In this document: positions 53,768-64,000 of the stretch, in pieces
Layout: each line of letters begins with the position of its first letter
How positions within the stretch are numbered: position 1 is the stretch's first letter
Assembly (NCBI RefSeq): GCF_006345805.1
Contig: NC_043002.1
Location: 52,390,001 to 52,454,000, forward strand
DNA length: 64,000 nucleotides
Reading direction: 5' to 3'
Source of the DNA: Octopus sinensis
Taxonomy: Eukaryota
Notes under the pieces: model-generated
The model's database searches: none
The model's input: the letters and a program-made list of their open reading frames with translations, nothing else
What the model was told of the DNA's origin: nothing
Translations under genes and position numbers: made by a program

Positions 53768-56475
53768 TTTAGTATTGGCAACATGAATGACAATAGCCAG
53801 AGACTACTTGAATTTTGCACATACCATAACCTGTGCATCACAAACACATTCTTTCCCAACAAGACATCCCACAAGGCATCTTGGAGACATCCAAGATCTC
53901 ACCACTGGCATCAGTTGGATCTCATCATTACACGAAGATCCTTCTGAATTCTGTTCAACTGACCCGTAGCGCGGATTGTGAGACAGATCATTCACTAATA
54001 AGAAGGGTGAGGATTCTGCCTAAAAAGTCCATCACTCCAAGAAAATTAGCCAACCACGCATTAACACTGCCAGAACCTCGAACCCTACACTGCGACAATG
54101 TTTTGCTGTTTTTATCAAGGTTGCCCTCAGTAGCTGCCCAACCTCCTCTGCTGAAAGTAGGTGGAATTATATCAGGGAAGCTTTGTATACCACATCAATA
54201 GATACTTTCGGAATGAGAGAAAGGTAAAACCCAGATTTTGTTCAGTGCTGGGCTCTCAGAGCTGGAACCAGTTATCGAAGCAAAACGTACAGCTCTGATG
54301 CAATACAAGAGTGGTTCTTCTACAAAGTCACACAAAGAACTCAGAAAGGCAAGAAATAAAACCCAACTGACTGCCAGACGCTATGCAAATGGGTATTGAA
54401 AGGAAATCGGTCAGAGTATCCAGTCAGCTGCTGACAGTGGCGACACCCGTGGGATGTATGCCGGTTTGAAGAAGGCCCTCGGTCCACCCGCAAATACCTC
54501 AGCCCCTCTGAAATCAACTACTGGAGATCTCATCAGGGACCAAAGCAAGCAAATGGATAGATGGATGGAGTACTACCAGGATCTCTACTCACGAGAGACC
54601 TCGGTAGCTGAGGCTGCAATCGAGGGTGTCAAGATCTTGCCAGTCATGTGTGAACTTGACAGTCTGCCATCTATAGCAGAGCTCACCAAATCTATTGACT
54701 CCCTAGCAAGTAACAAGGCTCCGGGTAAAGACGGCATCTCCTTAGAGATCATCAAAACCGGCAAAAACACCATCCTGCTTCGGCACATTCATGAGCTTCT
54801 GTGTCAGTGCAGGTAAGGGGGTACAGTCCCTCAGAATATGCGGGATGCTAACATCATTACGCTTTACAAAAATAAAAGTGACCGTGATGATTGTAACAAT
54901 TACCGGGGAATATCTCTTCTAAGCACAGTTGGAAAGGCCTCTGCTTGCATTATCCTGTCCAGGTTGCAACTAATTGCTTCTCGAATTTATCCAGAATCGC
55001 AGTGTGGCTTTAGAAGCAGATCAACTATTGACATGATATTCTCCATACGCCAACTTCAGAAGTCCAGAGAGCAGAACATGCTATTATATATGGCCTTCAT
55101 TGATCTGACAAAGGGCTTTGACTTGGTAAGTAGAAAAGGCCTCTTCATCCTGCTCCAAAAAATCGGATGTCCACCAAAGCTGCTGAGGATCATCAAATCA
55201 TTCCATGCTAATATGCAAGGCACCATACAGCACAATGGTTCAACATCAGCCGCCTTCCAAATAAAAAATGGGGTAGAGCAAGGTTGTGTCCTTGCTCCTA
55301 CATTATTTGGCATCTTCTTCTCGCTGCTGCTGTCACATGCCTTTGAGACATCAGATGATGGAGTGTTTCTGCACAGTAGAAGTGATGGGGAACTGTTCAA
55401 TCTCTCGCGTCTGCGTGCCAAGACCAAAATTTCAGAAGCATCCTGATCAAGGAGATGCTATTTGCTGATGATGCCGCTCTGGTATCACGCACAGAAGAAG
55501 CCCTACGAAGGCTCAGCAACTGTTTTGAGCAAGCATTTGGCAACTTTGGCTTAGTTATCAGCCTCAAGAAGACCAACATCATGGGTCAGGCTACATCGAA
55601 CATCCCAAACATACATATTGGAGACCACAGAGTATAGGAGGTGGAGAAGTTTACCTATCTTGGCTCTACCGTCACCTACAACCTATCCCTTGATGCTGAG
55701 CTCAATATATGCATTGGCAAGGCAGCTGCTGTGATGGCCCAACTCACCAAACGCGCATGGGACAACAATAAGCTGACCAAGACCACAAAAAGGAAGATTT
55801 ACCAGGCATGTGTACTTAGCACTCTACTGTATGATTTTGACGCCATACACACGCCATACAACGCCATACGTCGCCTAAATATCTTTCACCTGCGCTGTCT
55901 CCGGAAAATCCATCGCATCAAATGGCAGAATCATGTCCCTAACAAAGATGTCCTCAAGCAAGCAGGAATACCAAGCATGTTTGCACTCTTCACACAAAGA
56001 CGTATGAGATGGCTTGGACATGTTAGCCGTATGAAAGATGGCAGAATCCCCAAGGACATACTCAACGGAGAGCTTGCTAGGGGCACTAGGTCTGTGGGAA
56101 GACCGTTCTTACGATACAAGGATGTTTGCAAAAGGGACATGAATGCCTGCAACATCAATATTACCAACTGGGAAGCAGTTGCCAGCAACCGTGGAGATTG
56201 GCGACGTACCGTGAAAGAGGGAACACAAAGGAGTGACATAGTGAGAAAGGAGAAATTGAAAGACAAGAAAAGACGTCAACAAGAAACTATGACATTACAA
56301 CCAGTCAGGCAAAGTCTTCGCTACATTTACGGCACCTGCCAGAGGGAGTGTTTGTCCCGGATAGGACTACACAGCCACAGCAAGAGATGTATTAGGACAT
56401 GAAATGTAAAAGCCGGACAATATTATTTTATGCGCAACTCCATTGTCTCCCGAGACAAAAAGGATGCCAACAACA
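53768..56475 (+). mobile_element. RTE-clade LINE, 5'-truncated 2.7 kb copy, decayed
   Basis: End of the AP endonuclease (IGNMNDNSQRLLEFC..ITNTFF), RT motifs as in 20839-22527, C-terminal CQRECLSRIGLHSH, 3' tail GGATGCCAACAACAA. Confidence 0.93.
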
Positions 56476-56768
56476 ATATATATGGATTTCGTAGACAGGA
56501 ACTGTAACAAATAAATCGTATATATATGTATGTATATATGTAAGTGTATGTGTGTGTCTTTGTCTCTGTGTTCCGCCCTCATCACTGCTTCACAACTGCT
56601 GTTCACTTATTTACATCCACATAACTTACTGGTTTCACAAGAACAAACTAATAGAGTAAGTACTAGGCTTATCAACATAAAAAAGCACTAGGCTGTGTCT
56701 CATATTTTTGTTTGCTCACTCAGTTGTATCTATCAATTTATCTTTGTATGTGTGCATGTGTGTGTGTA

Positions 56769-58085
56769 TCTATATATATATATATATATGAATAAAACAC
56801 CCTAATGGGAGCCTTAAATCCCAAATTTTAGTAATTTCTTTTATGATCCAAAACTTGGTCAAAAGTACTGAATGGATCTTTATGAAATTTGGAAATTATA
56901 TTCTATGCATAAGGGCCATAACACCCATGACAATTCATATATTTTTGCTGTTGATGAAATTTTAACCATAGACATTAGACACAAATGAAGTAATATCTAT
57001 AAAAATTTATCTTACAAAGTTAGAAAGACCCCTCCATGGGGACTTAGCAACTACAATTTTGTCATTTTATCTAAGCAAAAATGAATACAGTTGTGCTCTT
57101 GGAAGCTGTAGGTTGGTACCCGAGCATAAAAGATGAGCATTATTTGTAATTCAATGGTACAACAGTGTAACAGTTTGCTTTGACATACACACTGCATAAA
57201 TTGTCAAGTAAATGAGAGGCATCTTTGCCTCCACTGATTCAGTTGCAAAGTGTAGAGTAAAATTTATTTGATTGCAGACCTCCTTTCAGTATTTTTATTA
57301 TCACTCGGTCACACATAGTCCCCAGATGTAACATTCATTTCAAGGCCTTCCCAGATGAGTGACTGGTTATTCGAAGACATTTATAGATTTTAAATTTTAT
57401 CTGTCCAGTTACGTATCAGTATAGTGGTCATTTGCAAACTACAGAGGTGACACTTTCATTTCTCCTTAGCTCTCACGTCAAACAGTTGTTAATGTTGATT
57501 TCAGTTGGGTCACGCCCTTCCAATTGCTATAGATTTGTAATGCATCTTACGGCTGTGCCTGTCACCTGGATGGTGAGGAATCCTACATTAGGAGTGGTAA
57601 CGACTAGGGTAGGGTAACTGACTGCTTATTGTGATCATTCGTCTTTTGATTTCCTGTAGCTTTGCTCTCTTTTACAAACCCAGTGAACATATATTTCCTA
57701 TTTCAAAGAAATTCAAACAATAGATATAAGACCCAAGTTAAAAAGATTTTCAACAATTCAACTTCTCTGGTTGAAATTAAGATGCCCACCCCCAACAGGG
57801 GCCTTAACTCTCACATTTTAGAGCTCCATGACCTTATTTTTCAGGAACAAAATCTTTTTAACAAGTTAAATAAGACTGGAATTTTGGAATATGCGCATAA
57901 AAATCAGGATTATGGATACATGTGGCACGATTACAATTTTTAGGGTCTGTAAAGATTGAAATAACCCTCATCTGCAATTTTGATGAAATTCGAAACATAG
58001 ATATTCCAGTTCATCACAGAAGATTAACAGAAAAATCTAATTCTCCAATTGAATGTAATCGGGTAACACCGGGTATCTCTGCTAG
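56769..58085 (+). mobile_element. Non-autonomous Helitron-like element, copy 2
   Basis: A|TC start at 56769, GC-rich CGGGTAACACCGGG, then CTAG|T end at 58085; homologous to 19489-20551(-) with about 270 bp extra. Confidence 0.7.
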
Positions 58086-58150
58086 TTATATATAAATATA
58101 AAAAAGTAAAAGATATGCAATAAATATAAATATGTATATAAAAGTAAAAA

Positions 58151-58187
<37 letters not shown>

Positions 58188-58289
58188 TTTCTTTTCTTTC
58201 TTTTATTCTTTTACTTGTTTCGACCCGAACACTTCTTTAAAGTAATTCTATATATTCGCAAGAAAGAACAATAATATTATGTATACATG

Positions 58290-58780
58290 CCACCATCGGG
58301 GGACAAACACAAACACACACACAGTTTCCGCCTACCAAATTCACTCACAAGGCTTTGGTTGGCCTGAGGCTCTAGTAGAAGACCAAGGCGTCGCGTAATG
58401 GGGCTGAACCCAGAACCATGTAGTTGGTAAGCAGGCTACTTACCACACAGCCACTCATGCATATGTATGTGTGTGTGTGTGTGTGTGTGGTGTGTGAGTG
58501 TGTGTGTGTGTGTGTGGTGTGTGTGTGTGTGTGTGTGTGTTTGTGTGTGTGTCTGTGTGTAGTTTCACAAGTGTCAATGTACGAAATTCTCGCCCCCCGA
58601 GTCACTCTGTTGCTTCTGCTAAATATTGATAAACACATATATGACAAGCTTTTTCAGATTCCGTCAACCAAATCTACTCACAAGGGTTTAGTCGACCCAG
58701 GGCTATAGTAGAAACACCCGCTCAAAGTGCCACGCAGCTGGACTGAACCTGGAACAGCTTACAACACAGTCACGCCTGCT
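58290..58780 (-). mobile_element. Two SINE family A 5' halves separated by (TG)n
   Basis: Reverse-complement cores near 58320-58455 and 58640-58780. Confidence 0.7.
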
Positions 58781-58804
58781 TCTATTCACATATATACATG
58801 ATAT

Positions 58805-59030
58805 ATATTTCTTTTGCTACCCACAAGGGGCTAAACATAGAGGGGACAAACAAGGACAGACAAACGGATTAAGTCGATTACATCGACCCAGTGCGAAAAT
58901 GGTACTTTATTTATCGACCCCGAGAGGAGGAAAGGCAAAGTCGACCTCGGCGGAATTTGAACCCAGAACGTAGACGAAATACTGCTAAGCATTTCGCCCG
59001 GTGTGCTAACGCTTCTGCCAGCTCGCCGCC
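58805..59030 (-). mobile_element. SINE family C, near full length
   Basis: AAAGGCAAAGTCGACCTCGGCGGAATTTGAACCCAGAACG..GCTAACGCTTCTGCCAGCTCGCC. Confidence 0.82.
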
Positions 59031-59707
59031 TCTTGCATATAAATCTATGTGCGTATATAGACACAGTTATACATACACATACCTAGTCATGGATGGCTAC
59101 ACACACTAACACACACGTACACATACACAGCAAGTAGTCACACGAGTGTACACACAACCACACACAACGCACACACACACACACCACACACATACACACT
59201 CGCACGCACGCACATAATCTCCTTTCCTCTCACCCTTATTCTTCTAAGCAAACACACATCTACACACATAGAAAGGCATGCATGCACGCAGACATAAGAT
59301 TAATTCGCGGCCAAATTTCAGGGCAGACGTTGAAGAGAAAGGACAAGCTATTGAAAAGGTCGCGAAAAATAGCGACGAACGGACTGTCACGAAGAAATAA
59401 AACTTTGATTGTTTAACCAAACAAACGATCGATTACGAAGTTGGTCAGATGTGTAACCATATCGTTATGGCATAATGACCCTCCCAAGAATCAACAAGAT
59501 GTATGTGTTATACGTGTGTGTGTGTGTGTGCGTATGTGTATATATGTATGTGTGTGTGTGTGTATGTATGTGTGTGTGGCAAAAACAGACCGATAGAATA
59601 AGTACTAGGCTTACAAAGAATAATCCCTAGAGTCGATTTGCTCGACTAAAGGCAGTGCTCCAGCATGGCCAAAGTCAAATGACTGTAACAAATAAAAGAA
59701 TAAAAGA

Positions 59708-59783
<76 letters not shown>

Positions 59784-59784
<1 letters not shown>

Positions 59785-60174
59785 TAGCAGTGTCACCCGG
59801 CGTTGCTCGGGTTTATAAGGGAAATAACTATATAAGCATTTTTAGAGATGTAAAGTATAATAGCCATCTCAATATGGCTAACCACAAAGGGGGAGTGTTA
59901 CTGTAGCTTTTTACATTCTGAGATTTAATAAACTTTTAGAGAGTTACTTCCCTTATATAAACCGAGCGAAAATGCATTAAAAATGCGGAAAAAATTACGG
60001 TAATTTTTTAAAATCGTAAACTCATCGTAGACGTGCGCTAATACCCAGAAGGGCTCGATATGAATCACGACTATAAGATACCGCTTTTGGTTACACTGCA
60101 CCGCAAAATGAGGGAGTAGTTAGGAATCTAAATCGTAGGAGACAGACACACAACTTCACTTTTTTATATAAAGA
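59784..60174 (-). mobile_element. Non-autonomous Helitron, about 390 bp
   Basis: On the - strand: A|TC start at 60174, hairpin CCCGAGCAACGCCGGG about 10 nt before CTAG|T at 59784; inserted in (TA)n. Confidence 0.8.
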
Positions 60175-60213
60175 TATATATATATATATACACACATACA
60201 CATATATATACAG

Positions 60214-60253
<40 letters not shown>

Positions 60254-60393
60254 ATATATATATTATACTTATATATATACAGTGTATATATATATATATA
60301 TATAAAATTTGAGGGAATATTATACATAATTACAGGGAAAAATTCAATTAGAAATACTAATTCAAATTTCACGAAATATAATATATATATATA

Positions 60394-60582
60394 TATATAA
60401 ATTAGAAAAAAACCACCTTTTATCAATTCAAAATGAACAATTAAATTACACCATCTAGAAAATTACATATAATAGAAATATTAAATATAAAATAATATAT
60501 GATGATTAAGTAATGTGCAAAATAATAAATAAATCGTATATATCATGAATTGATAAAAGGTGTTTTTTTTCTAATTTATATA
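60394..60582. repeat. Short fold-back element with 37-bp inverted arms
   Basis: TATATAAATTAGAAAAAAACCACCTTTTATCAATTCA (60394-60430) matches the reverse complement of 60546-60582 with 1 mismatch. Confidence 0.8.
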
Positions 60583-61110
60583 TATATATACAGTCTTTTC
60601 TGTTGCTTGACCATTAATACCTGCTATATCTCTCTCTCTTCCTGCCTTCGAAACACACTGCCACACATACATAGACGCACACACACATACATGAAAGCAA
60701 TTTCTCACACTCAAACACTCTAGCACTCATTCTTAAAATAATTCAAATATAAACACCAGTCATACAGAATACATTAACACTCTTTGATTTTCCTGTACCC
60801 CCCTTCTCCTAACCGGATTCTGACCTTGAACTATCTTAACGGACATTCTCGTCTGCTTTCACCAGCCTGGCGTCAACGCATATAGATAGACAGTTTGTGC
60901 CATTTATTCCATGGGCTCCTCGTGAGCGTTTGTCGAAAAGCTTGCTGTGCATTTTGTTGGAGAATTAAGTTCTGGATTTTCCTAAAGAGAAGGCTGCAAA
61001 ATGGACTCCTTATTCAATCCGAATTAGGGACTTTGCAGCCTTTGAAACATATGTAGAAAATAATAAAAAGGAATTTTGTTAAATCTTCGTTTCTTCTACA
61101 CTAAATAAAA

Positions 61111-61201
<91 letters not shown>

Positions 61202-61265
61202 TACACACATGTGAGTGAGAACACTTTGAGATATTTTTGGTATCTAACATATGTCAGATACTGCG

Positions 61266-61369
61266 AGCGCTGCTTCTGATTGGTCAATCCATGGTGATGA
61301 CCCGAGGTCACGGTGACAGCGCTGCTTCTGATTGGTCAATCCATGGTGATGACCCGACGTCACGGTGAC
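61266..61369. repeat. 52-bp direct tandem duplication
   Basis: AGCGCTGCTTCTGATTGGTCAATCCATGGTGATGACCCGA(G/C)GTCACGGTGAC at 61266 and 61318. Confidence 0.92.
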
Positions 61370-61465
61370 GGCACTACTTTTGTCATTCATAAGTTACAAC
61401 TAAACGTGAAGAATTTAGTTATTGGGTTAATAAAATATGGTCGTTTATTCGTGTGTAATAAATAA

Positions 61466-61566
61466 AATACCAAACTCATTCCCTATGGATACCGTATTTA
61501 TTACAACTCGTTTACAAGCCACTCGTTGTAATAAATACGGTATCCATAGGGAACTCGTTTGGTATT
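61466..61566. repeat. Long hairpin: 28-bp perfect stem plus 10-bp outer stem
   Basis: TCCCTATGGATACCGTATTTATTACAAC / GTTGTAATAAATACGGTATCCATAGGGA with a 17-nt loop; outer AATACCAAAC/GTTTGGTATT. Confidence 0.92.
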
Positions 61567-61815
61567 CTCTATATATATTCAGTCAAACTAATGCACCTGC
61601 TTGTTATTCCTGCACCTGTCTTCGTCTTTTGTTGTTTTCTGTAAATATATCCTTTTATATATGTGTGCTGCAAGATTCTTGATGTGAAACCGTGCGTTGA
61701 AACAGATATTGTTGTATTTCGTTATTTTTTCCCTCTTTTTGCCAAATAAACAGGCGCACTATATAATTCCCTTTTCACTCATTTATTACTGTTCTTATTC
61801 TAATTTATGTTTATA

Positions 61816-61858
61816 GTCCGGAAATCTTTCGTCACACCTCTGTGAACTCTTCAGCGAC
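61816..61858 (-). ncRNA. Minimal type I hammerhead-like motif
   Basis: - strand: GTCG-CTGAAGA-GTTCAC-AGAG-GTGTGAC-GAAA-GATTT-C-CGGAC. Confidence 0.5.
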
Positions 61859-62100
61859 ACTTTCTGCCTTCGTGTGTACACTTGCTCCACTTTTATACAT
61901 ATACACACATACGCGAGTAAATATACGGGTAAAACCCTTGTGTTATGCTATATAAAGCTCGTATAAAGTCTTACTCAAAGAAGGTGCATTTCACACCTTG
62001 AATTGGTGATAATGATTACACAACATCTCACCAATGAACAAGTGTAAAAATGTGTCGAAACAATTGTAATGTTTATAGATAATGTCATATATATATATAT

Positions 62101-62160
<60 letters not shown>

Positions 62161-62773
62161 GTGTATGTATATACTTACATATATATGTATATATGGGTTC
62201 AGGACGTCACAAAAGGTAAACAACAGGAAATACGAAATACGAAAATATGGAATACGAACTTTTTGCGAACAGCGAAAGAAACAATAGTATCGATAATGCC
62301 GAAATTGCGTTTGACTCCTCTTGCTGATAACTGATGAAGAATTTGTGACCTTGTGTGTTTTTGTTCGCCTGTGCATTTAGTATGTGTTCGTTGTTTATTT
62401 ACAATACGTTTATTTTAATTATATATATATAGATATGTCATATTTTCCGTTTGTTGTCTTTTTATTTAATCCTGAAGATATTATTTATGTACGCACGCAC
62501 TCATTAATCTTTTACCTATATATATATGTGTGTGCGTGTGTTGTGTGCGTGTGTGTGAGTGTGTGGGTGTGTGTGTGGTGTAGTTCAAATTTACAGAAAA
62601 CAAACGACGAAGACAGGTGAAAGAACAACAAGCAGAGTTTGAAGGTTTTTTAGTTATAGAAATCGACCCCAGGACTTACTCTTTGGAACCCTAGCACTTA
62701 TTCTATCGGTTTCTTTTTCCAAAACGCTAAGCTACGGGGACGTGTATATATACATATATATATATATATATAG

Positions 62774-63120
<347 letters not shown>

Positions 63121-63324
63121 TGTTTTTTTTAGATATATCGTAGTAATATCTAATGTAGTTGTGGTTTACGACCAGTCAGGACGTTACCATTGGTTTCACA
63201 CTTTTTATACTCTTAGCAATATAGACGTCTCCCACGGCTAAGAACGTAAAAGGCGCGAAAGCAAAGGTGACTCCTTGACCGGCCATACCAGCCACATAGT
63301 TTCGGGTTCATTCACACTGCGTGG

Positions 63325-63480
63325 CACCTTAGAACCTAGGGTTGGATTCAAAATTCTACCAGGACACCTGATGAAGGCTGGAGAGTAAATCAGCCGAAAT
63401 TGTGTGGTAGCAACAAACAAGATGAGGACAAATATCCGTCCATGTAAAAAATGTAAATATTGTACAGAATTCCTCATCTC
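63325..63480 (+). mobile_element. Penelope-like 3' end with decayed hammerhead
   Basis: TLEPR-like codons, then ACAC-CTGATGA-A-GGCTG-(10 nt)-CAGCC-GAAA-TT-GTGT at 63364-63405. Confidence 0.6.
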
Positions 63481-64000
63481 TAAAATATAGAACAATTTAT
63501 GATTGTTTCAAAAATTCCATGTTGACTTAATCTTGCATCGTGTTTTTAAACGACTCCACAATTAATGATGTAGTCATATCCGTTGTACAGATACCCCGTT
63601 CATAGAAATGATCCCTCGCAACTCTCTACAAAAAATAATATGCTGAAGTGTTTGTCTATCGCTTAAATAGGACATTAATCAATGTTTATAGTGGACGGCA
63701 CAGCGGTCACGTTTATAAACATGATTGAAGATAAGTCAAAATGAATTTGTAGAAAAAATTGCAAACTATGAAACAAAAATAATAACGCAAACTCCACTTT
63801 TCAGTGCTTATTACTTCTGTAACCCCTCAGAGGAAACATGACTCCTCCTTCACTCCTCTCCACCCTTCATTTATGGTTTGAGAATAATTCTATAATTGTT
63901 GTAACTGGAATGGAACTTACTCTCTTTCTGCTCACATCCATTCACCATTTAATGCTACTGCTTTGCATCTTTTAGAGAGATAGATTAGATATAACTAGCA

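Noticed and set aside
59351-59392. TTGAAAA-G-GTCGC/GCGAC-GAAC as a U3-A8 hammerhead variant
   Set aside because: A15.1 is missing and no stem I can form; likely a chance hairpin.
63993-64000. ACTAGCA at the window end as another Helitron 3' terminus
   Set aside because: Too little sequence in the window to support it.

Overview
AT-rich, microsatellite- and transposon-dense animal DNA. The SINE families and (TA)n/(CA)n/(ATCT)n load suggest an octopus or other coleoid cephalopod (inference, no database search). I recognise no intact host protein-coding gene; the long ORFs in the track are microsatellite read-throughs or decayed transposon ORFs. Decayed elements present: two mariner copies with TIRs plus fragments, two copies of an RTE LINE, R4/Dong-like and R2/NeSL-like fragments, an L1/Tx1-like ORF1, a Penelope-like RT remnant, non-autonomous Helitrons and many tRNA-derived SINEs. 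The standout is 23389-25753: a very young array of a 492-bp unit inside (TA)n, with about 3.06 units in one orientation joined to about 1.75 inverted units. Each full unit carries a complete type I hammerhead ribozyme motif (8-bp stem I, CUGAAGA, A.C-closed stem II with a long G.U-rich extension, GAAA, palindromic stem III, GUA site). This is the architecture of a non-LTR retrozyme (self-cleaving, probably circular-RNA-based non-autonomous retroelement). Several older, decayed hammerhead-bearing repeats occur elsewhere in the window.
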